From Macrostomum lignano (Eukaryota), in NCBI GenBank assembly GCA_002269645.1, contig NIVC01000926.1, positions 310,001-374,000 on the forward strand: a stretch of DNA of 64,000 nt. Direction: 5' to 3'. Below, in pieces: positions 1-12,400 of the stretch (the stretch's first letter is position 1; every line of letters starts with the position of its first letter). Under the pieces are notes generated by a model that was given only the letters and a program-made list of their open reading frames with translations, did no database searches and was not told the origin of the DNA. Made by a program: the position numbers and the translations under genes.

Positions 1-479
1 ATTAATGCTTCTCTCAACCCTTTCATGCCAATGTAGGAAGTAAATATGCCAGTAGACCAGCAGCAAGAATTGCTAGCCATGCAGCAAACGATTGCATTGC
101 TGGAGGCCAGCCTGTGCATTGCACGGCAACACCTACTTATGGCCACCCATAGTGGTATCCATATCCAGCCACTAAGATAGGTGCTATGGGCACTGGGCAT
201 GAATTTGCCTACTGGCTGCTGGTCATCGGACCTATGACTATGCAAGGGATCCTGCCACCCATATGCTACCAGCACCTTATGGCACTATCCTCGGTGCTGT
301 TCTGGCTATTCTACAAAGGAGCCTCATTTACAGAGTTCATGTGTGTGACCACAACAGTTCGACAGTTCTTCCAGTACCTCCCCATGCTGTACTCTGTTGC
401 TGCCATCACGTACAATGCCCACCAAGTTTGCAAGCACCTTGTACAGTTGGCACTAGCCTTTGGCCCCATCTTTTAGCAG

Positions 480-1860
480 TTGGCTGGCCTGTTTGAGACT
501 AGATTGGGCAGTAAAGTTAATTCACCTGCATTTCTGGACCTAAAGAAGATGCATTTGATGTTTCACTTGCACAAAGAGGCCAAGCGGTTGCAGGTCCGGC
601 TGGCAGTAAATATCCAGCAGCCAGCTCCACTACCTCTTGCTATCAGTGCCAAGGTACATATTGCATGCATCAAAAAATCATCCATTAAGCCAGACACAAA
701 ACTGTACCTGGCAACTACTGTGGCCGGCCCCTACGGTGATGCCAAGGAGGCAGACAAGGTCATGCACAACATGTTGACCAGTGGCCAGAGAGCAGCAGAC
801 CGCATGTTGACTCCTGCACTTGCGGTACATTTGCTAGAAAGCTGCGTCTGCTGCAAAAACCTTGGAAGGGAGGTTGCTGACCTTTGTGAAGCAAATGAAA
901 TCTTGTGATGCCAGGTTTCAAAAGAAAGAGAGAAATGCACAGCAATTTTAGAAGAAAAGGAGAGGCTTCAGGTGGCATTGGGCAAGCACGACAGAAAGCT
1001 GTCACAGCTTTCACATGACTATGACACAGAGGTGCAGACTGTCGAGGGAAAAATATCTAACCTGAAGGCTGATTTGTACCAGCTTGCCCTGGAGTATAGG
1101 CGGACTTGCAGTACCTTCCATAACTTGGTGAGGATCATTTCATCAGTGGATAAAATGCTAGAGGACACAAATACAATATATGTGCATGCTTGCAACAAGA
1201 TTGCCAAGCTGACAGAATTGTGCTCAGACTCTCCAGCTACAACCAATGACTCCTTCATGGCCACCAAAGTGGAGTCATTAGGCATCACCATGGCTATTAA
1301 CAGTTGTGTGGATGATAGTTCCGGCAGCACCACTATCAAAAAACCACTGTCTTTGCTTCAAAATGTCGCCCTTGTTGACTAGTTCCCCACTGTAAAAGTG
1401 ACGGAAGACAGCATGTGCAGAATTGAAAAAGCCATAAAGAAATGCAATAATGCCAAGGAAGTAGGGCAACAAAAGTGCCTACTTGGCGCCATTTTCACCA
1501 CTATCCTGCAGGCTGTCTTTTCTGAGGAGCAGCTTTAGATGTGCATCTAGGAAGGATGAAAAGTAAAAAAATGCACCAACCGGTCAGCCGTTGACCCAAT
1601 GCAGAAAGAGGCTATCATAAACTTTGTACAATCTAATGGCTTAGACCCAAGCCATCTTTTGCTATATTTCAACCGCATCGCCACTTACGGCCCCAGTAAA
1701 CTGTTGGGTGCCGGTGGCAAGATGGAGCTGATGGAGGCCAGTGGCAAGATGGAGGCTGGTGGCAAGACAGAGGCCGGTGGCAAGACAGAGGCCAGTGGTG
1801 AGATGGAGGCTAGTGGTGAGATAGAGCTGATGGAGGCACTCAATATGAACACCAATTTAA
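480..1860 (+). pseudogene. Decayed coiled-coil + BEN-domain ORF, probably transposon- or virus-derived
   Basis: ORFs 480-908, 972-1382 and 1599-1967 share one frame and are separated only by stops. The middle part is heptad-like (ERLQVALGKHDRKLSQLSHDYDTEVQTVEGKISNLKADL). The C-terminal ILQAVFSEEQL*MCI*EG*KVKKCTNRSAVDPMQKEAIINFV resembles the BEN consensus (LL.ALF..EEL....G.....R.ALDP....AI..FV). The sequence is rich in TG/CA and poor in CG. Confidence 0.5.
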
Positions 1861-3126
1861 ATATCAATATATCAATATATCATATATATCATATTATATA
1901 TTTTAATATTATTACATTATATACATACATGCGCAACCTCCAAAATTCGGTCGGCCATGCGACTTAGTTTAAAAAAAAATGCGACATAGTTTTTGGCCAA
2001 AAATGTGACTTACAAAAACCCTAAAGCAAAATTAATGCAACTTTGGGTAAACGGCAGGAGTAACTATGACTGTCCTATTAAGCCAAAATGCCTCGTCAGC
2101 TACTTAGTACTACTACTTGGCCATTTTTTCAGGTGGGCATTTTTGCGACTTTCTTGGTTGGCTGCCGAATCAGTTGGCCAGATTGACTGACTCGGCCAAC
2201 TGTTGTGCATGTATGATTATATATGATACATATCATATATCAATTTGATGCTTAAGATAGCACAAGTTTGTTGTTCCTAAATATAATGACCATATTGAAT
2301 TAAGGTGAATTAAATTGACTCTGACAATGTCTATTTCCTACTATTTGTTAAGATGAGCATACTTCAATAGTTCTTTGGACCAAAAAAACAAAAGTATTTT
2401 TTAGACTTCATGTTCATATGACTTTGTAAATGTACATCCATGCAATAAAAAAATTGGGCAATTGCTCGGGCCTAGCAGATAACTGAATTCATCAATAGTG
2501 TCTATTAAAATAGCTGAATTTGTCAATAGAGTTACTGAATTAGATGTTAACAAATTTGGTGGCACCCAAATAGGAGGAGGGCAAGGCACCATAGTTTAGA
2601 TTGTGCATTAGTGTACACCACGTTTAATGCTAGAAGAAATGACAAGACCTTGTATGCTAGGTTTGTATATTAATATGAAAAAATTGTTATTTAATACAAT
2701 GTATCTGCTATATCATGTATGCTGGGATATATCCTAATATATCTAAATATACTAAATCTCTAATAGGCCTACTACAAATAATAAGACCCTTGTTATACAC
2801 TGGGAAATCCTGGCATATATATTGTCTTCCAAATTATGGGCAAGGCAGAGGCATGCCTTTCCATTTTAAAGGGTATCAATAGTACCTCCCTACTAACTTT
2901 TTAAAATGTTCCAATGCCTATAAATGCTACTGGAATATATTGCTATTATATACTCTTATTAGTCACCACCTAGAGAATACAAAGTAAAAAAGATTATATA
3001 GTCTAGAGTAAATATATTAAATTCTACTAAATCAGCAGTCACATAACACATTATTTCCCCAATAGGAAATTCCTGGCTATGCCCCTGAAAATTATAGTAC
3101 TATGTTTATAGTACATTTAAATTACA

Positions 3127-3480
3127 TCTCTACATATAAAAATCAAAACTCTGTCTATCTGTGTGTGGACAATAAATTATAAATCATACACGCATCAATT
3201 TTAACTTGAATTAGATATGGCCATGGCGATGATCGGCATGGGTTCGATTCTGACAGCTGACAATGGTATTGCAATAAAATATTAAAATAAATAAGAGTAA
3301 AAACTACTTTTCTTTTAGTAATACGGTAATATAGATCGAATTACTCTGAATCATATGCGTCTGAATGTTTTCTAATATTTCATATTAGTAAAGACGGCTG
3401 ATTGATTTGCATTGTTAATATAACGCCAACAGTCGTTAACTCTTGCTTGCGCGCTTAACAGCTGGCTTAAGGCTAGGCTA
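3127..3480 (+). mobile_element. Non-autonomous Helitron-like fragment (5' end)
   Basis: Starts A|TCTCTACATATAAAAATCAAAACTCTGTCTATCTGTGTGTGGACAA, nearly identical to the 5' ends of the two minus-strand copies at 6377 and 8974. The 3' end is not clearly defined. Confidence 0.55.
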
Positions 3481-3559
3481 ATTAAAAGTAGCAAAAAATT
3501 GAATAACCGCGATGTGATGCCTCCTTAAAAATATCAGATAAAGTATTTGTATATATACA

Positions 3560-6377
3560 CAAGCTGTTGAAACCCGCGGAATTTGAACCCGGGGAATTCC
3601 AATCCCCGGAACTATTTTTGCATGTATTCTGAATTCTGAGCCCATACTCAAACAAAAACTTGTTAATAGTTAGTATGATAGAGGTAAACAAAATTGAGTA
3701 CATTCGCGTAAAATTAGGATTTGAGGCAAACATTGATATTGTTGGCTGGGGGGGAGGGGGTGCTTTTTACTTTAAATAGGCAATTAATGTCTGTCTTGAC
3801 TCAAAAAAAATGTATTGGCAAACTCTGGCCTCTGCCTCTGACTCTCCCTACATCCCTTGGATCCTTTGAAACTTCTATCTTCTCTTCTGTTTCCTCTCTT
3901 CTTTCTCGTCCCTCGTCTCTCCTCTCTGCTCTCTCTCTCCTCTCTTCTCTTTTTCCTCTCTCCTCTCTCCCCTCTTCTCTCGTATCTTCCCTCATTTCTC
4001 TTCTTTTTCATCTCTCTTATCTCATTTCTTTTCTCTTCTTTTCTCTTTCCTCTCCTCCCACTCTTCTCTCGTCTTTTCCTTCACCTCTCTTCTCTCTCGT
4101 CTTTTCCTTCACCTATCTTCTCTCTCGTCTTTATTTGCGCTCTGATCTCTCCTTTCTCTACTCTCTCTTCTCTTTTATCTCTTCATTTCTCTCTGCTTCC
4201 CCCTCTCTCTCTGCTTCCCCCCTCTCTCTCTCTGCTTCCCCCCTCTCTCTCTGCTTCCCCCCTCTCTCTCTGCTTCCCCCCTCTCTCTCTGCTTCCCCCT
4301 CTCTCTCTGCTTCCCCCCTCTCTCTCTCTGCTTCCCCCCTCTCTCTTATCTCTCCTCTCCCATCTTTCTTCTCCTCTCTACTCTCTCCTCTCTACTCGCT
4401 CCTCTACTCTCTCCTCTCTACTCGCTCCTCTACTCTCTCCTCTCTACTCGCTCCTCTACTCTCTCCTCTCTACTCGCTCCTCTCTACTCTTTCCTCTCTA
4501 CTCGCTCCTCTACTCTCTCCTCTCCACTCGCTACTCTACTCTCTACTCTTTTCTCTCTACTCGCTCCTCTACTCTCTCCTCTCCACTCGCTACTCTACTC
4601 TCTACTCTCTCCTCTACTCTCTCCCTCCATTCTCTTCTCTCGTCTTTGCACTCTGCTCTCTCTTCCTTCATCTTTCATCTCTACTCTTTCAGCTTTACTT
4701 TCATCTCTCCCATCTCTATAATCTCATCTCTTTCCTCTCTCCTCTTCCCTTTACTCTATCATCTCTCCTTTCTCCTCTCTTCTTTCGCAACTCTATCTCA
4801 TCTCTCTCCTCTCTTCTCACTCCTCTCTCCCCCTCTTATCTCCTCTCTTCTCTATCCTTTCTAATCGCTCCTCTCAATCCTCTCTCATCTCCTCTCTGTT
4901 CTCTCATGTCTACTCATGTCTACTCTCTTCTCTACCCTCCTCTCTCATCGATTCTCTGTCTTATCTCTTAACTCTTCTGTCTCCCTCTTCTCACCTCTAC
5001 TCTTTCCTCTCCCTCTTCTATCCCTCCTTTCGCTTCTTCCTCCCATATTTTCTGCTTTCTCCTCACCCCCTCGTCTCTCTTATTTTCTATCTTTTCTCTG
5101 ATCCTCCTCTCGCCCATCCGCTCTTTCTAATAGTCTATTCCTTCTCCTTTTCACTCTCATATGGCCCGGAGCCATGAGCTTGATTCTTTATCTGGCCTTC
5201 GACGTAAAAAATCCGCCGATCCCTGCTTCGAAAGCCAGTTTGTGGGACATAGTACTATCATGGTTGTTATCATTTCTCACGCTTTAATCACGTCATCTTT
5301 CTGGCCAATTAGCAGCTCTGAGAGGAATTTGTGTATCTCCAGCTCCACCACCACAGTCTGCAGCAGTCTAACAACCACCAAGGAAATACGCATTTCTTAG
5401 GAGCCATTTAAATTTTAAAGTACCTTATGCTAACTTAATATTGAACTTTTCATGGTGTGCGTAACTAATTTAGTAGGATTGCATTGTAATCAGTTATTCA
5501 TTAATTTTTCGCTATTTTTACAAACCATCCCATATCGCCTTGATTTGCCATCCACTGTTAAACTGCTGCAGACTTGTCTATACAGAGAACAGTGGTTTGA
5601 ATCTCTCGCTAAACTGTCTCTCCTCTCCACGCCCCTCCACTCGCGGGGTGCAGAGAAGGCTATTAAAAAGTTATTCCAAAACACTGTACATTCGCTATGT
5701 ACATTGAGCCCTATCGCCTGACCCTTCGTCTGGGCTGGCGCTGAGGAAGTGAGCAGCCCAAACAACAGAAAAAGCAGACAAACTTCACATGCTTACAGTT
5801 TCCGTCCTGATTGAGATACAGAGTTGAGACTTTACATTTAGACAGAGAATGAGTCAATGAAGAATTGTGTCAAGTTTGAAGTTAATCGCTTCACATGGAG
5901 CAAGCTTATGGCAGCCGAAAGTTAGTAGTTTTAAAACCTATATACACCCTTTGCCCAGATCGGGAAAGAGAGGCAGGCGGGCGGAGGTTGGGGTGGCTGC
6001 CTCGCTGAAAAAAACAGCCTAACTTTAAAAGTGCACAGCGCCATTCAGGATTAACTTTGAGACTCAAAACTTTACACGATTGTGTCAAAATAGTTGAAAA
6101 TTGATTGTGTCAAATTTGAAGATGATCGGTAGAAGTGGAGCGGCGCTATGGAGGATTAAGTGAAAAAATCGCGCATTTTGAGCAGTTTTTTGTACTTTTA
6201 GGTAGGAAGACTTGAGTCTGGGAAATTTAAAGGTAGCCTAAGACATTCTCCGTAGTAAGTTTAGGGTGGGTCGTGGGTGTAAAGTTTGGTGTCATTTGGT
6301 TGAGTGGTTTGGGAGTCCATAGCGAAGTAATTTGTCCACAGACAGACAGACAGAGTTTTGGTTTTTATAGGTAGAGA
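3560..6377 (-). mobile_element. Non-autonomous Helitron, downstream unit of a tandem dimer
   Basis: Minus strand starts TCTCTACCTATAAAAACC followed by a (TCTG)n tract. It ends with hairpin CCGGGGA-TTGAAT-TCCCCGG-type sequence then CCGCGGGTTTCAACAG-CTTG|T. It shares the 5' ~400 bp, the GA-rich body and the 3' ~330 bp with the neighbouring copy. Confidence 0.7.
3840..5160. repeat. Degenerate CT-rich low-complexity tract inside the Helitron copy
   Basis: Pyrimidine-rich (CTCT/CTCCT) sequence that generates the spurious Leu/Ser/Pro ORFs. Confidence 0.9.
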
Positions 6378-6679
6378 CAAGCTGTTGAAACCCGCGGATT
6401 TTGAACCCGGGGAATTTCAATCCCCGGAACTACTTTTGCATGTATTCTGAAATCTAAGGTCATACACAAACAAAAACTTGTTAATAGTTAGTAGGATAGA
6501 GGTAGACATAAAATGGACACATTCGTTTAAAATTAGGATTTGAGGCAAACATTGATATTGTTGGCTGGGGTACTGCACAGAATGTCAGGCAATGTCTGTC
6601 TGACTCTAAAACATGTATTGGCAAACTCTGGCCTCTCCCTGACTCTCCCTATGTCCCTTGGATCCTTTAAAATTTCTAT

Positions 6680-7770
6680 CGTCTCTTCTGTTTCCTCTCT
6701 TCTCTCTCGTCCCTCGTCTCTCCTCTCTCTTCTCTCCTCTCTCCTCTCTTCTCTCATATCCTCCCTCATCTCTCTTATATCTTGTCTCTTCTCCCTACTC
6801 TTTCCTCTCTCTCTCCTCTCTACTTTTCGTTTTCTCTCTTCTCTCCTCTCTCCTGTCTCCTCTCTACTTTTCGTTTTCTCTCTCCTCTCCTCTCTCCTCT
6901 CTACTCTTTCGTTTTCTCTCTCCTCTCCTCTCTCCTATCTTCTTTCGTATCTTCCCTCATCTCTCTTCTCTTTCATATCTCTTATCTCATCTCTTCCCTT
7001 TTCTTTTCTCTCTCCTCTCCTCTCTCCTCTCTACTTTTTCGTTTTCTCTCTTCTCCTCTCTCTCCTCTCTCCCCCTCTTCTCTCGTCTCTTCCTTCTCCT
7101 CTCTATTCTTTTCTCTCTTCTCTTAACTCTCTCCTCTCTCCTCTCTACTCTTTCCTCTCTCTCTCTCCTCTCTCCCCTCTTCTCTCGTCTCTTCTCTCAC
7201 CTCTTTCCTCTTTCTCTTTCCTTACTCCTCTTTTCTTTTCTCTTCCCTCTTCTATACTCTCTCTCCTCTATTATCTTCTCTCGTCTCTCTGCACTCTCCT
7301 CTCACCTTTTTCATCTCTCATCTTTACTCTCTCATCTCTCCTTTCATTTGTCTCATCTCTACAATCTCATCTCTCCTTTCTCCCCTCTTCTTACACCCCT
7401 CTCAGATCTCTATCTCTTCTCTTCTCACTCCTCTCTCCCCCTCTTATCTCCTCTCTTCTCTATCCTTTCTACTCTCTCCTCTCCTCTTAACCCTCTGTCA
7501 TCTTCTTTCTGCTCTCTCATCTCTACTCTCTTCTCACTCTTCTCTACTCTCCTCTCATCGATCCTCTGTCTCATCTCTCCCCTCTTCTCACCTTTACTCT
7601 TTCCTCTCCCTCCTTTCTCCCCTCCTCTCGCTTCTTCCTCCCTTCTTCTCTGCATGCTCTCTGCTCACCACTTATCCTCTTATCTTCTTATCTTCCATGT
7701 TTTCTTTTATCCCCCTCTCGCCTCTCCTCTCTTCTAATAGTCTATTCCTTTTCTTTTCCACTCTCATCTG
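6680..7770. repeat. Degenerate CT-rich low-complexity tract inside the second Helitron copy
   Basis: Homologous position and composition to 3840-5160. Confidence 0.9.
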
Positions 7771-7883
7771 GTCCGCACATAAGCTGGATTCTTTATCTGG
7801 CTTTTGAAGTAAAAGTCTGCCGATCCCTGCTTCGAAAGCAAGTTTGTGGGACGTACTACTCTCATCGGGGGGGGGGGGGGGGG

Positions 7884-7950
7884 CGTAGCCCAGCGGTCTA
7901 GCGCAGGCTCTGGTGTGCCAGCGACCCAGGCTCGATTCCAAGTGCAGTCA
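7884..7950 (+). other. tRNA-derived (SINE-head-like) sequence, non-functional
   Basis: A box TAGCCCAGCGG and B-box-like GGCTCGATTCC. A possible GTG loop sits in CTGG-TGTG-CCAG, but the acceptor stem does not pair. Preceded by a poly-G run. Confidence 0.45.
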
Positions 7951-9403
7951 CATTAATTTGCTGTTGAAACCCGCGGATTTTGAACCCGGGGAATTCAAAT
8001 CCCCGGAACCATTTTTGCATGTATTTTAAAATCCAAAGTCATACTCAAAACTTGTTAATAGTTGGATAGAGGTGTGAACGAAACTTGCTATAAATGTGTA
8101 TTAAAAAGTATATTTCTAGAATAGAATAAAGCAGAACAGAATAGAAACTAAGACTACACAAACGCTTACAGCATTAGGACAGTATAGAATCTGTCTGAAT
8201 ATTTTTAAGTAAAGGAGATGGGATTAATACGTAGCTTTTAAGCATAACAAAAAAGAAGCTGTACAGCAGTTGCTGTCTAAGACTAAGTAAGCTGTCTGCT
8301 TCCTCTGTGCTATGTGATGTTCCTGCTTCAGCCGCATTGCTTTGCCTTGTAGATCTCCATCGTCTAGCTGCAGCAGTGAAACGACCCAATGCGCTTTTCT
8401 TTGGGGGCATTTGAATTTTAAAGTGCCTTTAAATAGGACTTAGTGTTACAAATTCTATTTTGTGTGACTAATTCAGGAATCAGGATTGCATCGTATCGCT
8501 TTTTGTACCACAGACAACTATGCTAGTCTTATCGATTGCCATCTTCCTCATCCAAGAAAGAAAGAAAGGCAGGCGGGCGGAGGTTGGGGTGGCTGTCTCG
8601 CTGAAAAAAACAGCCAAACTTTAAAAGTGCACAGCGCCGTTCAGGATTAACTTTGAGACTCGAAATTTTACACGATTGTGTCAAAATAGTTGAAAATTGA
8701 TTGTGTCAAATTTGAAGAGGATCGGTAGAAGTGGAGCGGCGCTAAGGAGGCTTTAGTAAAAAAATCGCGCATTTTGAGCAGTTTTTTGCACTTTTAGGTA
8801 GGAAGACTCAAATTTAGGAAATTTTAAGGTAGCCTAAGACATTCTCCGTAGTAAGTTTAGGGTGGGTGTAAAGTTTGGTGTAATTTGGTTGAGCGGTTTG
8901 GGAGTCCATAGCGAAGTAATTTGTCCACAGACAGACAGACAGACAGACAGAGTTTTGATTTGTATATGTAGAGATGTATACTTTCATTGAAAAAAATTAA
9001 AAAAGTACAATTACTATTTTCTTTCTGTTATTTGAAAAGTGTACGTTTTGTTTTAACTAAAAAAGAACTGAGTATTTTCAATTTATTTTTATTTAGTAAG
9101 TCACGTTTTCTTTCCTACTAACCTACTAACCCACTAGGCCCTAACGTATCACCACCCACGACACATAAGTAGCCTAATGTTAGAATCTAAAGCAGTTATC
9201 TGACGAAGTGTAAAGAAGTTACAAAGTAGTCATATACTAGATAGCTCTTTTGTAAGGGAAAAGTTGCGATTTTCTATAAATTATTAAATTTTGGATTAGA
9301 ATTAGAACTTGCATATTTCTTTTAGGCCTACTTTTAATTTCATTGTCTTCTAAATAGCTATTTTAGCATTGAGCCAGCTAGGCCTATCTTAAAGTTTTAA
9401 AGA

Positions 9404-12400
9404 ATGTCTGTTTACAATAAAGGCAAAACTGATTTCCTGGATAATCTAGAAGATATTGCAGACAAGGTTTGTAAACTATTAAATTAGGCCTATCTGTGCA
9501 GTGCTTACTAGGCTAGGCCTAGGTATTTACTAGTGTTTACTTTTACTTTTACTAGTGCCTAATAGCCAGCCTAGTATGGTATGCAGTGATTTTTTCTGCC
9601 ACCTTTTTGTTTGCTGGCTGACTAAAAACTTTTAATAGATAAATAATAAGATGCAACATGCAAGCCTAGTTCTATAGTTTATAGCATATAGCAATTGACT
9701 AGTGAATTAAAATAAGAACAAGGTAGTTATTATTTGTTTGGTAACTAGACAAATTGCAATGCTATTTTTCATCTAGTTACTAGATTAATAGCTAGAGTCT
9801 AACTAAGATCTTGATCTTAGTCTCAATCTCTAAGACAAAATTTCAAGACTTGGTCTTTTTTAGGTCATTTTAAGAAATTCTCAAAATTAAAAAAATGGAC
9901 TTGGAATTCAAGTACAGTTGAGTGAGATTGAATTCAAAAGGCCTATACAAAGTGTAAAAGTATTATAAAGCTTTGCCACACTGCATCTCCTATTGCTTTC
10001 TGCCACTACCACATGTGTAGGCTCTTTAAATATTCTCCCAACAGATATTTTTCCTTCAAACAGATAATTCAAACAAAAAATGAAATGCCTTGTCATCTAA
10101 TTAGTACTAGGCCCATTCCATATAAGATAGACATATTTGGAAAATAGAAAAATCTATATTTTTGCTTGTCATTGCCTTATCAGCCAATTTTTTTACTAAA
10201 TCTTTTTATATGTAATGTATACAATCTATGAATAAATAAATGATAAAATTTTGGATTAGTATGTTATCAATTGGCAAAAAGTTATTTTTGTAAAAAATTG
10301 GACATTTTCTAAGCAAAAGTCATCATTAAGTTTATGTACCTTTTAAATTGGCTATAGGTCAAAAGGGCGACAGATCAAAAGGGCGACAGTTAAAAGGGCG
10401 ACAGTCAAAAGGGCGACAGTCAAAAGGGCGACAGTCAAAAGGGCGACAGTTACAGTGTATTTATATTGAAAATACGAGTTCCACGTACATTAAAAGTATT
10501 TGTTAAAAGCAGTAAACATGTATCATACTTGTATTTGTTAAAATGCGTTGTTAAAATTGTACAAGCAGTTAAAATGGGGTTGCATAAAAGCTGGACACGT
10601 ATTGGACACACTATTAAATGTTAAAATGTGGTTCAGTGAGGTCCATTTATTTCACTAACCGCCTTCAGTAGATCATCCGCCGAGCAGTTGCCACGCCTGA
10701 ATTCTCTCCAGTATTTGAAGTACTGGGCCTGCATACTTCGGTATCTGTTGCGCTGTACAAGGCGCATTACTCCTTGGGAGAGGAGCTGCACCTCTACGGG
10801 GATCATTCGCGCTTCATTGAATAGGAGCTTGATGAGCAGGTAGAATTGGATATTTCCTCGCTGGGCTCTGTAGTTTAGAGTGCGATGCCAGCTCTCTAAG
10901 TCGTTGTTGGTCCTAACCGCCTGTTGAAGTAAAGAAAAATATATTTTTTCTGGCTGCCTAGCAGTAGCGGATTAAAAGGGGCGGCGCACAGGGCGCGCGC
11001 ACCCCGTCGAGTTTGATTTTTCATTTTTTTCTATGGAAAGTACACATTTTCAGGTACATATATGTGTACACCATGATATGCATAAACATGCACCTTAATT
11101 AGTACTCTGCGTCCATGTGCACTTTTATTCCTACATGTGCACTTTACTTGTACATGTACTTTTTACATGCATTGTACTGTCTTTTCCAAGTTCTCTCCAA
11201 GATTGCAATGATATTTTTCCGGGTATATAACAGATTTTTTTCATAACTTCACCTGTCTGTATACGGAGATGTCATGGACGTTCCAGATGGAGCTGGTGAT
11301 CCACGTCACTTGGACATAGTCGCACAGGGCAGACAGGAGAGGTGTTAGAGTAGTCTCAACGCGGAGACGGTAAAATGTTATCGCGATATGCTGAGGTGGC
11401 AGGAAGGGGAGCGCCATCAGCTTTCGGCAGAATCGCTGAGTTCCATCATCGTCACAGTATGCTGGCTGCAAGCCTAGCTGCTGAATGTGACGCCAAACAG
11501 CCTGCGTGTAGTGGAAGACACATCCGCGAATAGATGCTTGTGGGAAGACAGTTTGGATGGCTCTCCAAACTGCAGCCTCAAGCCTTGCTGACGTTGGCGG
11601 ACCTCATTTTCACATACTATGCATGAGTTATCCATTTTAAAGAAATCAATATGCAGCCTGCTTCCATCAGCTTTCTACGAGCATAACTACATGTAGCTAT
11701 ATATGCACCCAACTAAACCAAATGGCTACATGTACACACTCAAGCTCAACACGGCCCTTACCTATCCCCTTATTCCCCCCAAAAAAATGTACATCATTAG
11801 ATCAACAATAAATAGAATTTCACAGTCCTAGTTTGGTGCCAACAAAAAACTTAAGACAGTAATTGTAAGAGAGCAGCTTTTTTAAATTCAGGCGTGGCAA
11901 CCACACTCAGCACTTATATGGTATGGTGATTTCAGTGAATGAAATAAATAAACCCCACTGATCTATGTTTCAATGTACAATGTATGAGTGTACATTAAAT
12001 ATTAGAACCCCATTCTAACATGCAAGTACAAATTGTCAGCACAAAAATTGTTATTGCTAAGATTCTAAGATTTTCTAAGAAACGAGGTTTCCCGTCCTTC
12101 CACTTAAGTAGTTCTTGGTCTAATACCCTGTCGCCCTTTTGACTGTCGCCCTTTTAACTGTCGCCCTTTTAACTGTCGCCCTTTTCATCTGTCGCCCTTT
12201 TCATTGGTTGCCTTAAAAACAAATAGAAAGCTTTAGAAGGTTAAAACAAACTATAAATAAAATTATAGTACCTGTATCATCAGCTAAAAACATTAGCAAC
12301 CATAATGTTACAACCATAAGGCTGCCTTTTCTTTTGTATCTTTGTTGCCTTTTTGAGTTTATATATTCTAATAAAAGAGTATGACTTCTAAAGATGTTCT

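Larger units (their letters stand above)
6378..8974 (-). mobile_element. Non-autonomous Helitron, upstream unit of a tandem dimer
   Basis: 5' end is A|TCTCTACATATACAAATC at 8974. The 3' end ...CAACAGCTTG at 6378 directly abuts the TC of the next copy. It carries a short ORF start MPPKKSALGRFTAAARR (8410), similar in style to the basic N-termini of Helitron RepHel proteins. Confidence 0.7.

Noticed and set aside
3721-7737. Leu/Ser-rich 300-400 aa ORFs and antisense Arg/Glu-rich ORFs, also 14380-15792
   Set aside because: Translations of CT-rich low-complexity DNA.
7884-7950. Functional tRNA genes here, at 19136-19206 and at 45102-45170
   Set aside because: Promoter boxes are present but acceptor and anticodon stems do not form; treated as SINE-like heads.
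10341-12221. 9-bp TSD for the MULE element
   Set aside because: Flanks (TTTTAAATT vs TTAAAAACA) do not match, so no TSD is claimed.
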